NCBI GenBank assembly: GCA_023248155.1
Contig: JAHFFE010000007.1
Location: forward strand, 4,401-68,400
Length of the DNA stretch: 64,000 bases
Origin: Candidatus Omnitrophota bacterium
GTDB lineage: Bacteria > Omnitrophota > Gorgyraeia > 1-14-0-20-64-10
Reading direction: 5' to 3'
Under the pieces are notes generated by a model. It made no database searches, was not told where the DNA came from, and saw only the letters and a program-made list of their open reading frames with translations. Position numbers and translations under genes: made by a program. Below are positions 35,831-43,669 of the stretch, in pieces. Positions within the stretch are counted from its first letter, which is position 1. Each line of letters opens with the position of its first letter.

Positions 35831-37744
35831 ATGAATATCCCAAGCGATAAATCGCCCCGTTTCGTTTTCCGGTTTTTTTCAGCTTTGTTTATGGTGGCCC
35901 TGGTTTTCGTAATGCCTGCAACCCTCTTTGCCGATCCAACGCCGGTTCCCGAATCTTCCGCTGAAGCGGCCAAACCGCCTACGGCCCAGAATAACAAGGA
36001 TTATGTGCCGGGCGAGGTATTGGTCCGTATCAAGGATGGTGTTCCGGTCTCGCAGGTGGCGGCACTCGCCAAATCGATGGGCGCGAACCTCGACCGCCGC
36101 GTTACTTCGTGGGGACTCTATCTTTTTAAGTTCAGTGATTCCGCTCCAATTGATGAAGTTGTCAATCGTCTTCGCCAGCACCCGGCGGTTCAATATGCCG
36201 AGCCCAACGGAAAAATGCAGTTGTTCGGCGTCGGCGACGGCAGCGGATCCGGTTCGGAAAATTCTTCGGCAGGAACCCCGATTCTGGTGGCCGTGATTGA
36301 TACCGGCATTGATTTGAATCATACGGCGTTCGCCGGACATCTGTATCAGAACCTGCGCGAGATCGCCGGCGACGGCATTGATAACGACGGCAACGGTTAT
36401 GTCGACGACGTCAATGGATTTGATTTTTACAGCCGTTCCTCCTCCCCGATGGGAACGGCTGGTTCCGGCGCGCACGGTACGCAGGTGACCGGGCGCATTT
36501 TGCAGGGTGCCGTCGACGCGCCGGTTTCGGTGATGGCGCTGAGGGTCGGCCCCGGGCCGTCGCTTTCGTTGGCGGCCATCGTTGAAGCGATCGATTACGC
36601 CGTCAACAACGGCGCGAAAGTTATCAATATGAGCCTCGGCGCAACGATGCCGTATCAGGCGCTTTCCGAAGCGGTTCAGCGCGCGATTGACCGCGGCGTG
36701 ATTGTCGTGGCGGCGGCTGGCAACAGCGGCGCCGTGACGCCGAACTATCCGGCCGCTTTGCCGGGCGTGATATCGGTGGCCGCGTCCGACGCCAATGGCG
36801 CAAAAACCTGGTGGTCAAACTACGGCAGCACTGTCGATTTCACGGCGCCCGGTGATCAGGTAGTCACTACGACTTTCGGCGGAGGAAACGCCGCCGTCAG
36901 CGGAACTTCATTCTCGGCGCCGTTTGTGGCCGGCATGGTCGCGCGTATTCTTTCGGCCATGCCGAACCTCGGCGTAAATGATGTGATTAATAATTTGAAG
37001 GCATTTGCCAAAGATATTTACGCGGTGAACCACAGTTTTTACCAGGGCAAGCTGGGGCAGGGATTCCTCGACGAGCAGGTGGCTTCGCGCATCGCGCAGG
37101 CATTTCCGTTAGCGCCGCGGTCTCCGGCCGATCAGCCGCAGAATCAGAAGGATATGCTCGATGCCCAATTGGCCGCCGCGCAGAGGGAAGTCGCCCGGCT
37201 TGAATCGGAACTTTCCGCCGCAGACCGGAACCTGACCGCCGCGCATGAAGCTACTGTCGCTGCGAATGCACAAGTGGATCAGGCGGTGCAGAATGCCAAC
37301 CAGGCCTGGAAAGATTTCACGAATGCCTGGAGCGCCTGGTTCCGCGCCAGTTACTCGATCCGTGTTTCTCCGCAGGAAAAAGAATCACTGCGCCAGAAAA
37401 TGCAGCAGGCCTGGGAAAAAATGAACAAGGCCAACGCCGAAAAGCAGGATGCCCAGGCCCGCCAGCGCGTGGCGCAGTCGGATGAGAACCGGATCCGGAC
37501 CCAGCGTGAATCAATCGCCACCCAGCTGCGCGGCGCGCGCCAGCAGGTGGACGACATCAACCGGCGCCTTTCGGCGCTGATCAACCCGGCGCAGGGGGGA
37601 CAGGCCGAAACGAACTCGTTGTTGGGCCGTCTGCACGCGATTTCTCAATCGCTTAGTTTCGGGCCGCGCGGTCTGGGAATGCAGGAAGCGTCCGAATTGT
37701 CGCTGCCGGGTTCCGACAACGATCAGAATACAAGCGCTAAATAA
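35831..37744 (+). CDS. Secreted S8 subtilisin-like serine protease with a C-terminal coiled-coil region
   Basis: A GAGGAGA SD precedes the ATG. There is a signal peptide. Catalytic triad motifs: VAVIDTGID (Asp), HGTQVTG (His), GTSFSAPFVAG (Ser). The C-terminal ~180 aa are Q/A/R/E-rich heptad-like sequence. Confidence 0.85.
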   Translation: MNIPSDKSPRFVFRFFSALFMVALVFVMPATLFADPTPVPESSAEAAKPPTAQNNKDYVPGEVLVRIKDGVPVSQVAALAKSMGANLDRRVTSWGLYLFKFSDSAPIDEVVNRLRQHPAVQYAEPNGKMQLFGVGDGSGSGSENSSAGTPILVAVIDTGIDLNHTAFAGHLYQNLREIAGDGIDNDGNGYVDDVNGFDFYSRSSSPMGTAGSGAHGTQVTGRILQGAVDAPVSVMALRVGPGPSLSLAAIVEAIDYAVNNGAKVINMSLGATMPYQALSEAVQRAIDRGVIVVAAAGNSGAVTPNYPAALPGVISVAASDANGAKTWWSNYGSTVDFTAPGDQVVTTTFGGGNAAVSGTSFSAPFVAGMVARILSAMPNLGVNDVINNLKAFAKDIYAVNHSFYQGKLGQGFLDEQVASRIAQAFPLAPRSPADQPQNQKDMLDAQLAAAQREVARLESELSAADRNLTAAHEATVAANAQVDQAVQNANQAWKDFTNAWSAWFRASYSIRVSPQEKESLRQKMQQAWEKMNKANAEKQDAQARQRVAQSDENRIRTQRESIATQLRGARQQVDDINRRLSALINPAQGGQAETNSLLGRLHAISQSLSFGPRGLGMQEASELSLPGSDNDQNTSAK

Positions 37745-37796
37745 CGGCCCTCGCCGCCGTCTTGTCATCGCTCCACGCCTCTGGTAAACTGATTCC

Positions 37797-38252
37797 GTGA
37801 AGAAACAATTCATTTTTTGGATCATTTTTTTGTCTTTTTTCGCTTCCGCGCATGCGGCAGAACTTGATCTGTTTGCCCAGGTGGACCGGCAGCAGCTGCG
37901 CCCAGGAGAACGGCTGACCTACGCCGTTACACTGGTGGGAGCGATGGTTCACGGCACGCCCCGTTTGGAACTCAACGAATTCAAGGGATTTTCGGTTATT
38001 TCTACCGGTCAGTCCCAGCAGGTTCGGATGCACAACGGGCAGACCCAGCAGGCGGTTACATTGACCTACACGCTTTCTCCATCGACGCCGGGCACTTATC
38101 TTTTAGGTCCGGCGCGCGTCGAATACGAAGGCAAGGTCTATGCCACTGAAGCCATTGAAATTCAGGTTGTTGAAGACGGTGAACAAAAAGTTCCGCCGGC
38201 TCGGGGCAACCCGCGTAAAGCTCCGGCGTTAAGAGGAGGAGTCGTTTTGTGA
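37797..38252 (+). CDS. Small secreted protein of unknown function
   Basis: A GTG start is followed by a signal peptide MKKQFIFWIIFLSFFASAHA. No family was recognised. Confidence 0.5.
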   Translation: MKKQFIFWIIFLSFFASAHAAELDLFAQVDRQQLRPGERLTYAVTLVGAMVHGTPRLELNEFKGFSVISTGQSQQVRMHNGQTQQAVTLTYTLSPSTPGTYLLGPARVEYEGKVYATEAIEIQVVEDGEQKVPPARGNPRKAPALRGGVVL

Positions 38253-38992
38253 ACAGGCATTTTTTTCCCGCGCTGGCGCTGATTCTTTCAATCGGGCTTG
38301 TCGGCGGCTGCGCCGGCGGCCAGAAAAAGCGGCAGATCGAAACACTTGAAACGCGCACAACAGAACTGCAACAGCAGTTGTCCGATGCCGAAAATTCGCG
38401 CCGCTCTCTGCAGCGCGCGCTGGATCAGGCCCGCGCCGACTTAAGCGAGGCGCAGCGCGACCATGCCGATCAGATTCGCCGGCTTTTGCAGGATAAAGAA
38501 AAGGAAACCGACAGCCTCGTAGAAGCGCAGCGCCGCCTGGCGATCAGCCTGAAAAAAGAGCTCGACGATTCCAAAGCCAAGCTGGAAATGACCGAGCGCG
38601 GGCTCGTCTTGACGCTGCTCGACGAAATTTTCTTTGATTCCGGCAAGGCCGTCATTAAAGAGGAAAGTTTCCCGACGCTCGATAAGGTGGCCAAGGTTCT
38701 CAAGGAGACCGTTCCGAACAGTTCGGTGGCGGTGGAAGGGCACACCGACGACCAGCCGATCAAATATTCGGGCTGGCGGACCAACTGGGAACTTTCCAGC
38801 GGCCGGGCGTTGGCCGTGGTTCATTACTTTATCGATCAGCAAAAGGTAGCCTCAGAACGGATGCAGGCGGTAGCCCGCGGGGAATTTCACCCAGTGGCTT
38901 CTAATACGACCGCAGAAGGCCGCCGGCAGAATCGGCGCGTGGAAGTAGTGATCCTGCCCAGCCATCTCAAGAAAGACAAGCCGGGGCGCTGA
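38249..38992 (+). CDS. OmpA/MotB-family lipoprotein with a coiled-coil linker
   Basis: Lipobox LVGGC. The coiled-coil region (ELQQQLSDAENSRRSLQRALDQAR...) is followed by an OmpA-like C-terminal domain (FFDSGKAVIKEES...VEGHTDDQP...GRRQNRRVEVV). Confidence 0.75.
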   Translation: MNRHFFPALALILSIGLVGGCAGGQKKRQIETLETRTTELQQQLSDAENSRRSLQRALDQARADLSEAQRDHADQIRRLLQDKEKETDSLVEAQRRLAISLKKELDDSKAKLEMTERGLVLTLLDEIFFDSGKAVIKEESFPTLDKVAKVLKETVPNSSVAVEGHTDDQPIKYSGWRTNWELSSGRALAVVHYFIDQQKVASERMQAVARGEFHPVASNTTAEGRRQNRRVEVVILPSHLKKDKPGR

Positions 38993-38999
38993 TAAAATC

Positions 39000-40238
39000 A
39001 TGTCATGGATGAAAGGTCTCCGCTGCCGCGAATGCGGGCGCGATTTTCCGGCTAAAGCGCTGTTTGTCTGCGAATACTGTTTCGGGTCGCTCGAGGTTGA
39101 TTACGACTACGAAGCGATGCACGGCAAACTGACGCGCGCCGCGATTGAAAAGCGGCCGGCCAATATCTGGCGCTACCGCGAACTGCTTCCGATTGACGGC
39201 GATCCAACGGTCGGTTTCCATACCGGCATGACGCCGCTGTTCCGCGCCGAACGATTGGGCAAGGCGCTGGGCGTCAAAGAACTGTACATCAAAGACGATT
39301 CCGTCTGCCATCCGACACTGTCATTTAAAGACCGCGTCGTTTCGGTTGCGCTTTCCCGCGCCAAAGAACTTGGTTTTGATACGGCCGCTTGCGCGTCCAC
39401 CGGAAACCTGGGCAACTCCGTCGCATCGCTTTCAGCCAAGGCCGGCATGAAGCGCGTGATTTTTATTCCGGCCGATCTGGAGATGGGCAAGGTGGTCGGT
39501 TCCTTGATCTACGCGCCGAACCTGGTGGCCGTTGAAGGGAACTACGACGAAGTCAACCGCCTCTGCGCCGAGATCGCGGGCCGCTACCACTGGGCGTTCG
39601 TGAATATCAACATTCGTCCCTATTACGCTGAAGGATCCAAAACCTACGGATTTGAAATCGCCGAACAGATGGGGTGGACAACGCCCAAGCATATCGTGGT
39701 TCCGGCGGCCAGCGGTTCGTTGCTGGTGAAAATCTGGAAGGGGTTCAAGGAACTCCACAAGCTGGGTCTGATTTCAAAACCGGAATCCCGTCTGTACGCG
39801 GCGCAGCCCGACGGCTGTTCGCCGATCGTGACGGCCGTCAACAGCGGCGTGGATGTGATCAAGCCGGTCAAGCCGAAGACGATCGCAAAATCGCTGGCGA
39901 TCGGCAACCCGGCCGACGGTTATTACGCGACTGACGCGATCCGCGAAACGCAGGGCGGCGCGGCCTCGGTCACCGACGCCGAAATCGTCGATGCGATGAA
40001 GTTATTGGCCCAGACCGAAGGAATCTTTACCGAGACGGCCGGCGGCGTAACCGTGGCGGCCGCGAAGAAGCTGATCGAAGAAAAGAAAATTCCGCGTGAT
40101 GAATCGATTGTGATCTGTATCACCGGGCAGGGTTTGAAAACGCAGGAAGCGGTAATGGATCATATCGGCAAGCCGATCAAAATCCGGCCGACGCTGGAAT
40201 CGTTTGAGACGGAAGTCGCTTCTAAAACCAACTTGTAA
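39000..40238 (+). CDS. Threonine-synthase-like PLP-dependent enzyme with an N-terminal Zn-ribbon (ThrC homolog of the sulfide-dependent homocysteine pathway type)
   Basis: An N-terminal CRECG...CEYC ribbon, the PLP-lysine motif SFKDR and a fold-type II PLP core (ACASTGNLGNS). Confidence 0.8.
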   Translation: MSWMKGLRCRECGRDFPAKALFVCEYCFGSLEVDYDYEAMHGKLTRAAIEKRPANIWRYRELLPIDGDPTVGFHTGMTPLFRAERLGKALGVKELYIKDDSVCHPTLSFKDRVVSVALSRAKELGFDTAACASTGNLGNSVASLSAKAGMKRVIFIPADLEMGKVVGSLIYAPNLVAVEGNYDEVNRLCAEIAGRYHWAFVNINIRPYYAEGSKTYGFEIAEQMGWTTPKHIVVPAASGSLLVKIWKGFKELHKLGLISKPESRLYAAQPDGCSPIVTAVNSGVDVIKPVKPKTIAKSLAIGNPADGYYATDAIRETQGGAASVTDAEIVDAMKLLAQTEGIFTETAGGVTVAAAKKLIEEKKIPRDESIVICITGQGLKTQEAVMDHIGKPIKIRPTLESFETEVASKTNL

Positions 40239-40248
40239 GGAGGAGAGC

Positions 40249-40524
40249 ATGGCGATTGTTGTTCGAATTCCGACCCCGCTCCAGAAATTGACGGGCGATA
40301 AAGCTGAAGTGACCGCCGAGGGCGGAAGTGTGCAGGATTTGTTGACCGATTTGGACCGGCAGTTTCCGGGACTGAAAGACCGGCTTTGCGATCCAAGCGG
40401 CAAACTGCGCCGGTTTGTGAATTTGTATGTCAACGAAGAAGACATTCGCTTTTTAAAGCAGGAATCGACGGCGCTGAAAGACGGCGACGAAGTGTCGATC
40501 ATTCCCGCGATAGCCGGAGGATAA
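40249..40524 (+). CDS. MoaD/ThiS-family sulfur carrier protein ending in Gly-Gly
   Basis: A 91-aa ORF with a GGAGGAG SD. The C-terminus is ...SIIPAIAGG-stop. Its GG codons also form the SD of the next gene. Confidence 0.75.
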   Translation: MAIVVRIPTPLQKLTGDKAEVTAEGGSVQDLLTDLDRQFPGLKDRLCDPSGKLRRFVNLYVNEEDIRFLKQESTALKDGDEVSIIPAIAGG

Positions 40525-40530
40525 CCAACC

Positions 40531-40773
40531 ATGCCCAAGCGAATGGTTCAGCTGATTTTTCCGCAAAAGCTGATTAAGAAACCGGTCATTTACACGATGG
40601 CCGTCAAATGCAAGGTGGTTCCGAATGTCCGCCGCGCCAAAGTGACCGAGACCGTCGGCAATATGACGCTGGAACTGGAAGGAACCAAAGAGAACCTCGA
40701 AAAAGGAATTAAATTCCTGATCCGGCAGGGCGTCAAGGTGGAACCTGTCATGGGCGATGTCCTCGAGTCTTAA
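40531..40773 (+). CDS. NIL-domain protein (stand-alone MetN C-terminal-like domain)
   Basis: An 80-aa ORF whose pattern VIYTMAVKCKVVPNVRRAKVTETVGNMTLELEG...FLIRQGVKVEPV resembles NIL domains associated with sulfur/methionine systems. Confidence 0.5.
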   Translation: MPKRMVQLIFPQKLIKKPVIYTMAVKCKVVPNVRRAKVTETVGNMTLELEGTKENLEKGIKFLIRQGVKVEPVMGDVLES

Positions 40774-40776
40774 CTC

Positions 40777-40897
40777 GTCCGCTGAAAAAGCTCCGTCTGC
40801 TTTGTTGCATGCGGCGCTCTCTCGTGCGGCGTATAAGCCACATACGCCTCCTCGGTCGCTTGCATGCGCCGTGCATCCGAGAGCTTTTTGAGCGGAC
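40777..40897 (+). repeat. 120-nt element bounded by 17-bp near-perfect inverted repeats
   Basis: GTCCGCTGAAAAAGCTC (40777..40793) pairs with GAGCTTTTTGAGCGGAC (40881..40897), 16 of 17 complementary. Additional internal complementarity exists (GCATGCGGCG / CGCCGTGCAT). Confidence 0.5.
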
Positions 40898-40936
40898 TTT
40901 CAAAACAGGTTTTCTCATAACCCGGTTTCATTCCTG

Positions 40937-41524
40937 ATGAATGAGTTTCTTCCCGATGACCGCGCGCTGATCGAGGGCGTTGCGGCGCGGGATCCCGAAG
41001 CGTTCCGGTCCGTCATGGAACAGTATTCGGGGCCGGTGTTCAATTTGTCCTACCGTTTTTTGTCCAATCGCGCCGACGCCGAAGAAGTCGCGCAGGAAGT
41101 TTTCTTAAAGCTCTATCTTCATCCTCCTGTTCTGCAGCCCTCCGTCAAATTATTTACCTGGCTTTACCGCGTGACCGTCAATGCGTCGCTGGACGCCTTG
41201 CGCCGCCGCAAGCGTGCCGGGATTGCTTTCTCTACCGATCAGACCTATGAAACCGCCGAAGGCGAAACCGTTTCTCCGGGCACGCTGCTGGCCGATCCTA
41301 TCGGACCGCGCACGCGGATCGAAAACCGCGACCGTCTGCGCTGCGCGCGTGAAGCGATCGCGCAGCTGCCTGATGCATTAAAGGCACCGCTTATTTTGTC
41401 GGTTCTTGAGGAACTACCGCATTCCGAGATCGCCGTTATTTTAAAAATCAGCCCCAAGGCGGTCGAGCGCCGGATCCATCGTGCCCGTCAGCTTTTGAGC
41501 GATCAGTTGCGGTCATTTTTATAA
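40937..41524 (+). CDS. ECF-type RNA polymerase sigma-70 factor
   Basis: Region 2 is AEEVAQEVFLKLYLH..WLYRVTVNASLD. Region 4 HTH is LPHSEIAVILKISPKAVERRIHRARQLL. Confidence 0.85.
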   Translation: MNEFLPDDRALIEGVAARDPEAFRSVMEQYSGPVFNLSYRFLSNRADAEEVAQEVFLKLYLHPPVLQPSVKLFTWLYRVTVNASLDALRRRKRAGIAFSTDQTYETAEGETVSPGTLLADPIGPRTRIENRDRLRCAREAIAQLPDALKAPLILSVLEELPHSEIAVILKISPKAVERRIHRARQLLSDQLRSFL

Positions 41525-41560
41525 GGTAGGGGGGATTCGCCGATTCCCGGCGTTTAATAG

Positions 41561-41917
41561 ATGAAGGGAATAAATGGCATGAAAAACGAAAAATCAGATC
41601 AACCGTTGGATCAATTACTGCGGGATGCCTGCGCGCCTGTACCGGTCTCGGCCGATTTCCGGCGTCAGTTGTGGGGCCGTTTGATAAAACCGGCCGAAGT
41701 TGTTTCCATTTCTGTCTGGTCGGGTGCTTTGGCCGCCGCTGTTTTTCTGGGTGTTTTTATTGGAACCGTGCAAACCGCTTTGCCGGTCGCGCGCGCAGAT
41801 GCCGCGGTTCAATCTGTTTTAACCCGCCATGAACGGTGGGATCTGTTCGCCGATGCGCCGCACGACACGCTGGCTGGATCGGTGATCCGCTTAAGTGCCA
41901 AAGGAGAAAAACAATGA
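41561..41917 (+). CDS. Putative single-pass anti-sigma factor
   Basis: It lies directly downstream of the ECF sigma gene and has one TM helix (ISVWSGALAAAVFLGVFIGTV). The start may be the ATG at 41579. It overlaps the next gene by ATGA. Confidence 0.5.
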   Translation: MKGINGMKNEKSDQPLDQLLRDACAPVPVSADFRRQLWGRLIKPAEVVSISVWSGALAAAVFLGVFIGTVQTALPVARADAAVQSVLTRHERWDLFADAPHDTLAGSVIRLSAKGEKQ

Positions 41918-42369
41918 AACGGTTCTGGATCGCCGCGGTGTTGCTGGCATTGTCCGGTTTGGCTGCGTACGGATTGGCGCGCGGCTGCTGCCGTTTTTGG
42001 GCAAAAAAAGAAGGGGTCAACGAACAGATTCTTGACCGCCTGGCGCTGACGAGTGAACAGCGATTGGCCGTGGCGCCGATTGAGGCCGATTATTTGAAAA
42101 AGAAAAACGCCACCTGCGAATTGCTTTGCGCCAAGCGCGCCCAGTTGATTCAAACGATGAAGCAGCCCGAATGGGACCGCGATGTTTTATTTCAGTTGGT
42201 TCAGGAGATCGGGCAGGAGCAAACATTGTTTGAGCAGGAAACGATCGATTATTTAACTGCGCTCAATCAGTATCTGGATGAACCGCAAAAGAAGCGGCTC
42301 AGGGAGCTGGTTACAGCGGAGCTGCGTACCGCCTGCCAGGCCACGGCTTGTGGGAGGAATTCAAAATGA
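41914..42369 (+). CDS. Periplasmic stress/metal sensor of the Spy/CpxP/CnrX (LTxxQ) family
   Basis: An AAGGAGA SD, a signal peptide MKRFWIAAVLLALSGLAAYG, then an LTSEQRLAV motif and helical repeats. Its position after sigma/anti-sigma mirrors cnrYXH-type modules. Confidence 0.5.
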   Translation: MKRFWIAAVLLALSGLAAYGLARGCCRFWAKKEGVNEQILDRLALTSEQRLAVAPIEADYLKKKNATCELLCAKRAQLIQTMKQPEWDRDVLFQLVQEIGQEQTLFEQETIDYLTALNQYLDEPQKKRLRELVTAELRTACQATACGRNSK

Positions 42370-42803
42370 AGAAAAACCTTTTAGTGATGCTGGCACTTTC
42401 CGTTTCTCTGCTGTTCTCGGGCGTCGCATCGGCAGAGCATGATGCGAGCCATATGAAAATGGATGCCATCCAGAAACCGGTCGTTGCCAAAACACCGTCC
42501 CCGATTGAGGTGAAGCCGGGCCAGTTGATCCTTGAGGTCGACGGGCTTGTCTGCGCGGTCTGCGGTTACGGCATTGAGCGCAATGTCGCAAAACTTGACT
42601 TTATCGACCGGAAGAAATTCAGCCATGGCGTATTGACCGACGTCTACAATCAGCGGTTGGTTCTGGCGCTTGTGCCGGGAAAATCGGTGGATCTAAAAGC
42701 GCTTTCGGAAGCAATCAAACATGCCGGCTATCCGCTCAAGGCCGTCTACCTATTCTCGGCTGAGGGGCATCCAACACGGATTGAGGCGGCGGATATTCGA
42801 TGA
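42366..42803 (+). CDS. Periplasmic heavy-metal-binding (HMA-like, CxxC) protein
   Basis: A GGGAGG SD, a signal peptide, and LEVDGLVCAVCGYGIERNVAKL, which resembles an HMA GMxCxxC-type site. Confidence 0.5.
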   Translation: MKKNLLVMLALSVSLLFSGVASAEHDASHMKMDAIQKPVVAKTPSPIEVKPGQLILEVDGLVCAVCGYGIERNVAKLDFIDRKKFSHGVLTDVYNQRLVLALVPGKSVDLKALSEAIKHAGYPLKAVYLFSAEGHPTRIEAADIR

Positions 42804-43669
42804 AACGGAAGGCGGCTTTGCTGCTGCTTGTTCTCTTGCTGGGCGCCGTTTCAACGGCCTGGGCACGCCAGCCGGTTATGGATATGATGCCTCGGTGGAA
42901 GCATGGGTATGGCTTCCAGTTTGCCCATTCCTCCCGTACGTCTTCCACGCTGAAAGAAGGCGATTCTGAAATTAACAATCCTTTTGGCCGGAAACGCCGC
43001 GTGGAAATGGAATGGCTGCAGGGGGTTTATTCGTTCAGTCAGGAGCGCCGCGTTTCTTTCAAGATCCCTTGGGTTAACCAAAGCCGGACCACGCTAAGGC
43101 ATGGTGCCCCAGTAAAAGAAACCGGAACCGGTTGGGGGGACCTGATTCTCGGTTTTCTCTTTAAAAAATATTGGGACAGAGAAAATACCACCGCCAATGT
43201 GAGCGTGGTGCCGTCTATCCGTATTCCGACCGGCAGCACCGACGATGCTTATCCCGTGGGTGACGGCAGCACCGATTTTGGTTTAAGCTTCTCCTACAAC
43301 CGCGATACTCCGCGCACCTATCAGTTTTACGAAACATTTTATTGGCTCAACGGGCATGGCCGGCAGGGGATCTCCCAGGGCGATGAAATCGGCCTCAATG
43401 CCGATCTGGGATTGAACGTCTACCGGAACCAGGAAAAGAATTGGGGCATTATGCTGGCCTGGAGCAATACGCTGCGGCACGAAATGCAGGGAGTGGACCA
43501 GGAGGGAGAAACCGGCGGAACGCTCTTGTCGATGGGGCCGATGGTGATGTTCTCCTGGAGAAATTTTATCAGTCATGTGGGATATAAAATACCGGTCTAC
43601 GAACGGCTTCAGGATCAGCAGGTTTCTTATGGTCCGGAACTGGAGATTGAAGCAGGGATGGCCTTCTGA
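42800..43669 (+). CDS. Outer membrane beta-barrel protein, possibly of the small OM transport family often found in metal operons
   Basis: A signal peptide MKRKAALLLLVLLLGAVSTAWA, alternating beta-strand-like pattern, and a C-terminal ...GMAF with terminal Phe. Confidence 0.45.
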   Translation: MKRKAALLLLVLLLGAVSTAWARQPVMDMMPRWKHGYGFQFAHSSRTSSTLKEGDSEINNPFGRKRRVEMEWLQGVYSFSQERRVSFKIPWVNQSRTTLRHGAPVKETGTGWGDLILGFLFKKYWDRENTTANVSVVPSIRIPTGSTDDAYPVGDGSTDFGLSFSYNRDTPRTYQFYETFYWLNGHGRQGISQGDEIGLNADLGLNVYRNQEKNWGIMLAWSNTLRHEMQGVDQEGETGGTLLSMGPMVMFSWRNFISHVGYKIPVYERLQDQQVSYGPELEIEAGMAF

